DNA of 64,000 nucleotides from Alphaproteobacteria bacterium (GTDB lineage Bacteria; Pseudomonadota; Alphaproteobacteria; Holosporales; JBOFFI01): NCBI GenBank assembly GCA_051648545.1, contig JBOFFI010000041.1, positions 843 to 64,842 of the forward strand, read 5' to 3'. Shown piece by piece: positions 56,651 to 64,000 of this stretch (position 1 is its first letter; each line of letters starts with the position of its first letter). The notes under the pieces were generated by a model. It saw only the letters and a program-made list of their open reading frames with translations, ran no database searches and was not told where the DNA came from. The position numbers and the translations under genes were made by a program.

Positions 56651-56893
56651 TCAGCTATTTTTTTTATCTTTTTCGCACTGTTGAGACTTTCTTCTCCCCA
56701 AATTTTTGCGTAATTGCAGAGCCTGCTTCTGGGAAAGCGTTTGGAAAGATCTACATATTTTAGAGTCTGATGAAATTTTTTCGTTGTCTTCTTTGCAACC
56801 AAGGGGCATTTCTCGAGAGGCTTCTTCCTTTTCTAAAGATTCTGATTTCGAACCAAATACATTCTGACGATCTATTTCTTTTTCTTGACTCAT
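56651..56893 (-). CDS. Possible small highly charged protein (80 aa), hypothetical
   Basis: ATG preceded by aagagg 8 nt upstream. Lys/Glu/Ser-rich with no family I recognise. It lies in the AT-rich spacer upstream of ctrA and could be non-coding. Confidence 0.25.
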   Translation of the reverse strand: MSQEKEIDRQNVFGSKSESLEKEEASREMPLGCKEDNEKISSDSKICRSFQTLSQKQALQLRKNLGRRKSQQCEKDKKNS

Positions 56894-57059
56894 AGGCGCC
56901 TCTTTGTGTGTTTAAAATTTCCTTCAGGGTAAGCCCTGCGGGTTAGACGACGCAATAGAACTGTTTGAAATTTCATTTTAACTTATTCATTTTTAATGTT
57001 TTTTTATAAATTTTTTCCGATAATTTCTTTGTAAATAACTGACGGTCAAGGAGATCAAA

Positions 57060-57620
57060 ATGCGCCGCCTCAAAAACAGACTAACTTTCTTAACCCTTTT
57101 GGTTTTTTGGGGGGCTGTTTCTTCTGTCTCTGCCACGAAGTTGAGGATCCACATACAGAATGCAGATCCTTCAGAAAACCTTAAAACAAAAGTGATTGAA
57201 ACAACGGAAGGGGGGAGAATAAACAAGGAAGGTAAGAAAATAAACCTTTATTCTATTATAGAGGGAAGCAACAAAAGGGGCCTTCTTTTAGACTTGAGTG
57301 AAAAGCGTGCCAAGGGAGATTTGCAGCAATTAGAGTTCGTGTTTCCAGGGCCTGAAAAAGGACAAAGAGAAAGCCTGCTCGTTACGTTTTCTAAAGGATT
57401 TTTGGAAATCGCAGGCCAGCCTCGGACAACGAAAGTGAAGGTTACAAAGATGGGGAAAGATCATGACGCTGTTCAAGAATTTTCCTATATTCCAACAAAA
57501 GATAAAACTTGTCCGGCGGGCTCACACCCCTTGGAAACCCATCATCATCTTTACCTAAAGATCTTGCCGAAGGAGAAAGATGTTGAAATCACCAATTCAT
57601 ATAAGGAAAAATGTGAGTAG
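57060..57620 (+). CDS. Hypothetical secreted protein (orphan)
   Basis: 186 aa. Signal peptide MRRLKNRLTFLTLLVFWGAVSSVSA|TK. Lys-rich mature part with two Cys near the C-terminus. No family I recognise; AT-rich. Confidence 0.55.
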   Translation: MRRLKNRLTFLTLLVFWGAVSSVSATKLRIHIQNADPSENLKTKVIETTEGGRINKEGKKINLYSIIEGSNKRGLLLDLSEKRAKGDLQQLEFVFPGPEKGQRESLLVTFSKGFLEIAGQPRTTKVKVTKMGKDHDAVQEFSYIPTKDKTCPAGSHPLETHHHLYLKILPKEKDVEITNSYKEKCE

Positions 57621-57673
57621 ATTTTTGACATCTGTTTGGGAACATGGCATGATCTGGCGGTAAATTACAGGTT

Positions 57674-60073
57674 GTGAACGGTGCTTTAACAGATTTAATG
57701 TTCTCCTCTTTTTCATTCGTTTTGCGGGGTTGGTTCCCAGTTCTCTTGAAAAGCCTCCTTTTTTGTGTGGCGCTTTTCTTGGGGCTTGCTTTTGTAAGCT
57801 ATAATCCTGGGGACCCTTCGTGGAATTTTGCAACCTTCACCCCTGTGGAAAATTGGCTAGGTATTTGGGGTGCCCAGTTGAGTGATACGCTGTTTCAGTT
57901 AGTGGGTGTTGCGGCCTATACGATTCCGTTTTTTTTAGGCTTTTTGGCTTTTCGGGGGAGAGCTGATGGGCTGAGGTTAACCGTTTTTTATCTTCTAGCT
58001 ATTTCCTTTCTCTCTTTTGCTTTAGCATGCTTTTTTCCTCCTGTGCTAGACCAGCTTGGGTTTATGATGCCCTATGGAGGAGCGTTCGGTGTTTTGCTTC
58101 AACAAGGATTGGGGCAGATTTTTCCTTTTTTCACGCCATTTTTAGGTGCTTTTTCTTTTCTTCTCGGTGCGCTGGGAATTTGTAGTTTGTTTTTAAGCTT
58201 TGGCGGAACATCACACCACTTGGGTGTGGGATATCACGTGATGGGCAACGTCTTGTCTTTGTTTCTAGACTTTTTCAGGCGATCTGAAGGAGTAGCCCTG
58301 GGGCGCGGTTACGGAAGTGAAGCCAGGCCTTTGGGCTATGAAACCCAATCTGTTGGGTTTTCAGGGCAACGTGAAGTGGCAGACCCCTTTAAACCTGTTC
58401 TATTTGGATCAGGTTCAGCGTCTGTTCCAGAAATTCCAGCAGAGGGGCTTGAGATTCCAGCCCCTGAAGCGTTTTTGAAAGACTACGAGAACGCGCCCCA
58501 GAAAAAATCTTTTCTTACATGGGGGAAAAAGAAGGGGGGCGTTGGGCCTTCTAAAAAAATAGACGCTTTAAAGTCGCCTCCAGCTGAAGGACAAGCCTAT
58601 CAATTACCTCCCCTAGGTTTGCTGCCTCAAACAAAGGTTTTAGACCACCCAACCGTTTCAAGGGCGGTGCTTCAGGAAAGCGCAAAAGAATTAGCGGGAG
58701 TTTTGGACGATTTTGGTATTCGGGGTGAGATCGTTCAAGCGAACCCCGGTCCTGTCGTCACCCTTTATGAGCTTCAACCAGCAGCCGGCCTTAAATCTTC
58801 CCGGGTGATTAGTTTAGCGGATGATATCGCTCGTTCTATGAGTGCGCTTTCTGCCCGCGTGGCTGTGGTTGCGGGGCGCAACATCATCGGGATTGAGCTC
58901 CCCAATAAATTGAGAGAAACGGTCTATTTGCGTGAGCTCTTAGCCTCACCTGCCTACCAAGAAGCATCTCAACATTTGCCCTTGGTTTTGGGAAAAAACA
59001 TTGGGGGAATCCCCGTGATCGCAGACTTGGCTCGCATGCCTCATTTGCTGGTGGCGGGTACGACAGGTTCTGGAAAATCGGTGGGTATCAATGCGATGAT
59101 TCTCTCCCTCATTTTTCGTCTGTCTCCTGAGCAATGCAAATTTATCATGATTGACCCAAAGATGTTGGAGCTTTCTGTCTATGACGGTATTCCGCATTTG
59201 CTTGCCCCCGTTGTGACAGATCCTAAAAAAGCCATTGTTGCCCTGAAATGGGTGGTTCGGGAGATGGAGAATCGTTACCGTGCAATGGCTCAATTGAGCG
59301 TGCGTAATATTGAAAATTATAACCAGCGCCTCCGGGAAGCTCAGGCTAAGGGGGAATCTCTCAGTCGAAAAGTGCAAGTGGGCTTTGAACCTGAAACAGG
59401 GGAGCCTCAGTTTGAAACCCAAGCGCTTCATACGGATCCGCTTCCGTTTATTGTGGTGGTGGTGGATGAAATGGCTGATTTAATGTTGGTTGCGGGAAAA
59501 GAGATTGAAGCAGCGGTTCAAAGGCTGGCTCAAATGGCGCGTGCTGCGGGGATTCACCTGATCATGGCGACCCAACGCCCCTCGGTGGATGTTATTACGG
59601 GAACCATCAAGGCTAATTTTCCAACCCGTATCAGCTTTCAGGTGACCTCAAAGATTGACAGCCGCACGATTTTGAGCGAACAAGGCGCTGAACAGCTTTT
59701 AGGGCAGGGGGACATGCTTTATATGGCCTCTGGAGGTCGCATCACCCGGGTTCATGGGCCCTTTGTGAGTGATGCAGATGTGGAACAGGTTGTGAGCTTT
59801 TTGAAGAGCCAGCGGGCGCCAGATTATATTGAAGACATCACCCTGGATCCTGAAGAAGGTGAAGAAGGGGCTGCTCAGGCCGTTACTGAAGGCTTAGATG
59901 TTTTTTATGAGCAAGCTGTTGCATTGGTTCGGCGTGACGGCAAAGCTTCGACGAGCTATATCCAGCGGCATTTTCAAATTGGTTATAACAGGGCGGCTCG
60001 CATTATGGACCAAATGGAAAGCGAGGGTGTTGTGTCGCCTCCTAATCATGTTGGGAAGCGAGAAATTTTGTAA
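57674..60073 (+). CDS. ftsK: DNA translocase FtsK
   Basis: 799 aa. N-terminal TM segments, a variable linker, the motor domain (MPHLLVAGTTGSGKSVGINAMI, VVVVDEMADLM, GIHLIMATQRPSVDVITG) and the gamma domain (YEQAVALV...ASTSYIQRHFQIGYNRAARIMDQME). Confidence 0.95.
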   Translation: MNGALTDLMFSSFSFVLRGWFPVLLKSLLFCVALFLGLAFVSYNPGDPSWNFATFTPVENWLGIWGAQLSDTLFQLVGVAAYTIPFFLGFLAFRGRADGLRLTVFYLLAISFLSFALACFFPPVLDQLGFMMPYGGAFGVLLQQGLGQIFPFFTPFLGAFSFLLGALGICSLFLSFGGTSHHLGVGYHVMGNVLSLFLDFFRRSEGVALGRGYGSEARPLGYETQSVGFSGQREVADPFKPVLFGSGSASVPEIPAEGLEIPAPEAFLKDYENAPQKKSFLTWGKKKGGVGPSKKIDALKSPPAEGQAYQLPPLGLLPQTKVLDHPTVSRAVLQESAKELAGVLDDFGIRGEIVQANPGPVVTLYELQPAAGLKSSRVISLADDIARSMSALSARVAVVAGRNIIGIELPNKLRETVYLRELLASPAYQEASQHLPLVLGKNIGGIPVIADLARMPHLLVAGTTGSGKSVGINAMILSLIFRLSPEQCKFIMIDPKMLELSVYDGIPHLLAPVVTDPKKAIVALKWVVREMENRYRAMAQLSVRNIENYNQRLREAQAKGESLSRKVQVGFEPETGEPQFETQALHTDPLPFIVVVVDEMADLMLVAGKEIEAAVQRLAQMARAAGIHLIMATQRPSVDVITGTIKANFPTRISFQVTSKIDSRTILSEQGAEQLLGQGDMLYMASGGRITRVHGPFVSDADVEQVVSFLKSQRAPDYIEDITLDPEEGEEGAAQAVTEGLDVFYEQAVALVRRDGKASTSYIQRHFQIGYNRAARIMDQMESEGVVSPPNHVGKREIL

Positions 60074-60101
60074 TGGATAAAAACTCAAAAAGGATAGAAA
60101 A

Positions 60102-60701
60102 ATGTACGCTTGCCTAAGGTTGATTTTGGCTGTTTATGTACTCTTTCAAGGGGGGGTAGGTGTTGCAGCGCAAGATCTAACGCGCTATGAGGTTGCCTTG
60201 AACCACATGCGAACCCTTGAGGCGGCGTTTGATGAAGCAACCAGCTATGGAGAGAACGCATCCGGGATCCTTTATGTGGCGAGGCCTTTAGAAGGCGGGC
60301 GGGAGCCTTTTGGGCGGCTCAAGCTTTCTTACAACCCACCCAAGGGGGTTGAAGTGCTTGCAGATGGGAAACACCTGATGTACCGAGAGGCAGGCGCGGA
60401 AGAAGCAAACGGTTCTCCCATCGCATCAACACCGGTTGCTTTTCTTTTAAAACCTCATATCTCTTTTAAACAGGGGATTACCGTACAGCAGGTGAAGCAT
60501 GAAAAAACGTGGACAGCCATTACGGTTTATCAAACCGAAAACCCAGATGCAGGCAGCCTTACGCTAGTTTTTGATGAACATCCTATTCGGCTTAAGCGTT
60601 GGGTGGTGACAGATCTGCAGGGCGTTCAAACCCAAGTGACGTTAAAAAATATTAAAATTAATAAATCACTGCCCCCTGGGGTGTTTTTGTGGAAAAAATA
60701 G
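60102..60701 (+). CDS. lolA: Outer-membrane lipoprotein carrier protein LolA family
   Basis: 199 aa. Signal peptide MYACLRLILAVYVLFQGGVGVAA. The conserved ftsK-lolA adjacency, plus size and beta-rich composition. Sequence-level support is weak by eye. Confidence 0.6.
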   Translation: MYACLRLILAVYVLFQGGVGVAAQDLTRYEVALNHMRTLEAAFDEATSYGENASGILYVARPLEGGREPFGRLKLSYNPPKGVEVLADGKHLMYREAGAEEANGSPIASTPVAFLLKPHISFKQGITVQQVKHEKTWTAITVYQTENPDAGSLTLVFDEHPIRLKRWVVTDLQGVQTQVTLKNIKINKSLPPGVFLWKK

Positions 60702-60712
60702 ATGGTATTCAT

Positions 60713-61465
60713 ATGATGACGCTCTTAGATCATTTGATAGAATTAAGGCAACGTCTTCTGGTGTGTTTTCTGGCATGGGGACTTGCGTTTGCGGGGTGCT
60801 ATTTTTTTTCAGAGAAAATTTTTCTTTTTTGTGTGAAGCCGCTGGCAGATCTTTTTCAGGGAGAAGTTGGCAGGCGCCTGATTTTTACAGGGTTGACAGA
60901 GGCTTTCATGACCTATCTAAAGCTCTCTTTATACGCTTCGTTCTTCCTGATTTTCCCGCTCATTGCAGCTCAAATTTGGCGTTTTATTGCACCGGGGCTT
61001 TATACCCATGAAAAAAAGGTATTCCTGACGTTTGTGTTGGCAACGCCGTTCCTTTTTTTGCTGGGGGCTTGCATGGCTTATTACGGGGTTTGCCCGCTGG
61101 CGTGGAAATTTTTCTTGAGTTTTGAGGCACCGGCGGTTTCTGGACAGCTGGCGATTCAGCTGGAGACCCGGGTGAGTGAGTACCTTTCTTTGATGATGAA
61201 GTTGGTCATGGCCTTTGGTATTTCATTCCAGTTGCCTATCTTGCTAACGTTGCTTGCAAAAAGTGGCCTTGTCAGCTTAGATTCTTTGAGGAAAAACAGA
61301 AAATATGCGTTTTTAGGTATTGTAGTGTTTGCGGCCCTCATTACACCGCCTGACCTGTTGAGCCCCATTAGTTTGGCGGTTCCTCTCTATGGTCTCTATG
61401 AGCTTTCCATTTTTTTCACAGCTTGGTCGAGAAAAAAAGAAATTCCGGCAGAGCTTGTTTCTTAA
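60713..61465 (+). CDS. tatC: Sec-independent (Tat) protein translocase subunit TatC
   Basis: LLDHLIELRQRLL, FTGLTEAFMTYLKLSLY, PGLYTHEKK, 6 TM. ATG at 60713; the track ORF opens at a GTG at 60689 that overlaps lolA. No tatA/tatB is adjacent. Confidence 0.88.
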   Translation: MMTLLDHLIELRQRLLVCFLAWGLAFAGCYFFSEKIFLFCVKPLADLFQGEVGRRLIFTGLTEAFMTYLKLSLYASFFLIFPLIAAQIWRFIAPGLYTHEKKVFLTFVLATPFLFLLGACMAYYGVCPLAWKFFLSFEAPAVSGQLAIQLETRVSEYLSLMMKLVMAFGISFQLPILLTLLAKSGLVSLDSLRKNRKYAFLGIVVFAALITPPDLLSPISLAVPLYGLYELSIFFTAWSRKKEIPAELVS

Positions 61466-61593
61466 CTTTTCAGGGTGATGATATTGTTAAAAGTTCTTTT
61501 CTGGCAGAAGCTTTTTGAGGAGACTAAAAAAAAAATATTTTTTCAATGCTAGACGTAGAAAGCTGAGAAAAAAAAGGATATGATGCGGGAGTT

Positions 61594-61678
61594 GCGGGTG
61601 TGGTGGAACTGGTAGACACGCCAGATTTAGGTTCTGGTGGCGCAAGCTGTGGGGGTTCAAGTCCCTCCACCCGTACCA
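61594..61678 (+). tRNA. tRNA-Leu (anticodon UAG), CCA encoded
   Basis: GCGGGTG-TG-GTGG-AACTGGTAGA-CAC-G-CCAGA-TT-TAG-GT-TCTGG-TGGCGCAAGCTGT (long variable arm)-GGGGG-TTCAAGT-CCCTC-CACCCGT-A-CCA. Confidence 0.9.
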
Positions 61679-61775
61679 GAGTGTGTGGCGTTTGATGCGG
61701 GACATACTTCTTTTGGGGAGTTGTTGATAGTTAAAAAACGTAGAGATGATAACATCAAATTTAGGTGTGTTTGAT

Positions 61776-63236
61776 ATGCAGATTCAGGAGCTTTTAAACG
61801 AAAAGCTAAAAAGGGCCTACAAGATTTCAGTCCCTTTCTCAACTGTGGACAAAAAAACGGTGGCGTTTATCCAGTTGAAAGGAAAGGACTATAAAGTTCC
61901 GGGTTTTCGCCCTGGTAAAGTGCCTTTTTCCCAATTGCAAAAGGTTTTTTTCAAAGATGCATGGAGCCATGCCATTGAAGAAGCTGTAAATGAAGCCTCT
62001 GATGCTTTTTTTAAAGAAAAAGCTTTAAGATCCGCCTCAAAACCTAAATATAGCCTTGAATCTATTCCGGAAGAGGGAAAAGATCTTGAGTTTAAGATTT
62101 CTTTCGAAGTGTTTCCTGAACTTCCAGAGATTAAATGGCCAGACCTTTCTTTGGTCTTTTATGATGTTGAAATTTCGGAAGAAGCGATGGAGGAGCACTT
62201 AAAGTCACTCGCTGCTTCACAACGTAACTCAAAACCCCTTGAGACGCCTCGTCCTGCCCAAAGGGGCGATACGCTTTTCGTGGATATGGAGCTTCGGAGC
62301 AAGCCGAATGGGGAACCTGCTCTCCTTCAAAATACGTTTTTTTACATTAGTGAAAAAGGCGAACTCGGTGATTTAGAAGAGCTGGTTTTGGGCGCGGTGC
62401 CTGGAAAAGTGGTGAATGATAAAGTGAATTTTCCACCGAATTTCCCAGATTCGCGATTGGCAGGTCAATCTGTCCATGTGCAAATTTCTGTTAATGAAGT
62501 GCGAGAGACCATTCCCTTTGAAGTGGGAGAAGAATTAGCAAAGCACCTGAAGCTTGAAAATTTGGAAGCTCTCAAGGCGCGGGAGACAGAGCAGCTGAAG
62601 CAATATGGAGATATGGTTTCTAAGCTGTGTCTTAAACGTCAAATTTTGGATTATTTGTCTGAGCGGTATACGGTTGATCTTCCTGAAGAGATGGTTGAAG
62701 CTGAATTTAAATCTATCTGGCGCAACACCTTGCACGAGATTGGTTTGGAGCCTCTGCCAGAGCAGCTTGGGCATCATCATCATGATCATGGTGATGAAGA
62801 AGATGATCATGATCACAGCCAGTGTGTTGCTAATGAAAACAGCTTGCCTGCTGAAGTATTGGCGGAACGGGAAAAGATTTTTGAAGAACAGTTTGAGAAG
62901 AAAGAAGCAGAGCTTTATACCCTGTATCAAAGGGTTGCAGAGCGCCGGGTTCGTTTGGGGCTTCTTTTTGGAAAGATTGCGGATGCTCATAATATTAAGC
63001 TCACAGAAGAAGAGCTTCTTGAAATTATGAAGGCGGAGGTTTCTCGCCATCCAGGTCGTGAGCAAGAGGTATTTAAGTTTTACAGACAAAACCCTCAAGC
63101 GTTTTTGCCGTTACAGATGCCAGTTTTTGAGCAAAAGATTGTCGATTTCATTTCGGCCCAGGTGCCCCATAAAACCGAGAAAACCACTTTGAAAAAATTG
63201 GAAGAAACGTTAGAAGAAAGCATTTTTTTGCAATAG
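61776..63236 (+). CDS. tig: Trigger factor
   Basis: MQIQELLNEKLKRAYKISVP..., the ribosome-binding motif GFRPGKVP, and a central FKBP-like region. It carries an unusual HHHHDHGDEEDDHDH insert. ATG at 61776; the track ORF opens at 61746. Confidence 0.9.
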   Translation: MQIQELLNEKLKRAYKISVPFSTVDKKTVAFIQLKGKDYKVPGFRPGKVPFSQLQKVFFKDAWSHAIEEAVNEASDAFFKEKALRSASKPKYSLESIPEEGKDLEFKISFEVFPELPEIKWPDLSLVFYDVEISEEAMEEHLKSLAASQRNSKPLETPRPAQRGDTLFVDMELRSKPNGEPALLQNTFFYISEKGELGDLEELVLGAVPGKVVNDKVNFPPNFPDSRLAGQSVHVQISVNEVRETIPFEVGEELAKHLKLENLEALKARETEQLKQYGDMVSKLCLKRQILDYLSERYTVDLPEEMVEAEFKSIWRNTLHEIGLEPLPEQLGHHHHDHGDEEDDHDHSQCVANENSLPAEVLAEREKIFEEQFEKKEAELYTLYQRVAERRVRLGLLFGKIADAHNIKLTEEELLEIMKAEVSRHPGREQEVFKFYRQNPQAFLPLQMPVFEQKIVDFISAQVPHKTEKTTLKKLEETLEESIFLQ

Positions 63237-63257
63237 CCTTTAAAAAAGGAAAGGGAG

Positions 63258-63917
63258 TTGATCTTGATAGATAATTATTCTGATGTGCGTGGCACGCTTG
63301 TTCCGATTGTCGTTGAGCAGACCGCTCGGGGGGAGCGTTCTTTCGATATCTATTCTCGCTTATTAAAAGAGCGGATTATTTTTTTAAGTGGTCCTATTCA
63401 TGATGATTTGGCCAGCCTTATCTGTGCCCAATTGCTTTTTTTGGAAGCGGAAGATCCAGAAAAAGACATCTCTCTTTATATCAACTCTCCTGGGGGCGTT
63501 GTGACAGCTGCGCTGGCCATTTTTGATACGATGCAGTATGTTAAGCCAGATGTTGCAACCCTTTGTATGGGGCAAGCTGCCTCTGCAGGATCTTTGCTTT
63601 TATGCGCAGGCGCTAAAGGAAAGCGGGTTGCGTTGCCAAATGCCCGGATTATGATTCACCAACCGTTGGGTGGGTTTCAAGGGCAAGCAACGGATATTGA
63701 GATCCATGCTAGAGAAATTCTATCCATTAAGGGGCGTCTCAATCAGATTTACAAAGATCGTACGGGCAAACCCTTGGATGAAATTGAGAAGGCTATGGAG
63801 CGAGATAATTTTCTTTCTCCAGAGGCTGCGATGGCGTTTGGCTTGATTGACAGCGTTGTAGCATCGAGTGGCCCTAAGGCAGTTTCCAAAAAAACTGAAA
63901 AGACAACAAAGGCTTAA
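63258..63917 (+). CDS. clpP: ATP-dependent Clp protease proteolytic subunit
   Basis: 219 aa with a TTG start preceded by aaggaaaggga. [41 protein letters not shown] (Ser nucleophile), IMIHQP. Conserved tig-clpP order. Confidence 0.95.
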   Translation: MILIDNYSDVRGTLVPIVVEQTARGERSFDIYSRLLKERIIFLSGPIHDDLASLICAQLLFLEAEDPEKDISLYINSPGGVVTAALAIFDTMQYVKPDVATLCMGQAASAGSLLLCAGAKGKRVALPNARIMIHQPLGGFQGQATDIEIHAREILSIKGRLNQIYKDRTGKPLDEIEKAMERDNFLSPEAAMAFGLIDSVVASSGPKAVSKKTEKTTKA

Positions 63918-63918
63918 T

Positions 63919-63951
63919 CCAGAAACTTTTCTGGGTACAAATTTGTTTTTT
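63919..63951 (+). terminator. Possible weak terminator or attenuator after clpP
   Basis: Hairpin ccagaa-actt-ttctgg (63919-63934), with a T-rich tract atttgtttttt starting 7 nt later. Confidence 0.35.
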
Positions 63952-64000
63952 AACCTTTTGTTTGTTTCCTTCGTGCAAGCTGAAGGAGTAAAATAGTCTT

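Noticed and set aside
56763-56891. Three GANTC (CcrM) sites upstream of ctrA (GAGTC 56763, GATTC 56838, GACTC 56887)
   Set aside because: The expected random frequency is about 1 per 256 bp, so about 2 are expected in this 544-bp spacer. Three is therefore not meaningful without a genome-wide depletion or enrichment calculation. I saw no GANTC in the candidate origin.

Overview
This 64-kb window looks like a compact alphaproteobacterial chromosome. The evidence is a CtrA response regulator, a DnaA-box cluster next to hemE, HemJ, a short ProRS, lon/hupB, tig-clpP and a PmtA-like methyltransferase. The lineage is probably host-associated, which is an inference from AT-rich loci encoding exported orphan proteins set in an otherwise housekeeping backbone. 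I can support about 60 CDS (one truncated at the left edge), 2 tRNAs (Met-CAU, Leu-UAG), several rho-independent terminators and a candidate oriC. I saw no rRNA, CRISPR array, transposase, integrase or recognisable defence system.

Backbone content:
- Translation and tRNA modification: ileS, proS, gltX, rpsA, typA, truA, trmL, rlmB, prmC, mtaB.
- Proteostasis: lon, clpP, tig.
- Heme synthesis: hemF, plus a hemE-hemH-hemJ block.
- Envelope and lipid: uppP, pgsA, plsY, rodA, lolA, tatC, ftsK, ftsY.
- DNA repair: uvrC, phrB, xseB, dprA.
- A flagellar sub-cluster: flgI, a short flgJ, a flgN-like gene, flgK and flgL.

Most interesting observations:
1. A 563-aa single-pass (type I-like) membrane orphan (22556-24247). 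Its C-terminal tail reads like a eukaryotic transmembrane adaptor, with a juxtamembrane Cys-Cys and YVEI, YLEM, YVNA, YDTP and YEPP motifs.
2. A tightly coupled pair of small proline-rich exported proteins (30516-31101).
3. A 302-bp hemE-flgL spacer with two perfect and several near-perfect DnaA boxes (candidate oriC), with ctrA 6 kb away.
4. A 155-nt element closed by a 17-bp inverted repeat that overlaps the sbtA-like stop codon.
5. Very AT-rich, highly divergent flgK/flgL, next to a domain-reduced FlgJ and an adjacent amidase.

All functional calls come from reading the translated ORFs and motifs by eye. No database search was run.
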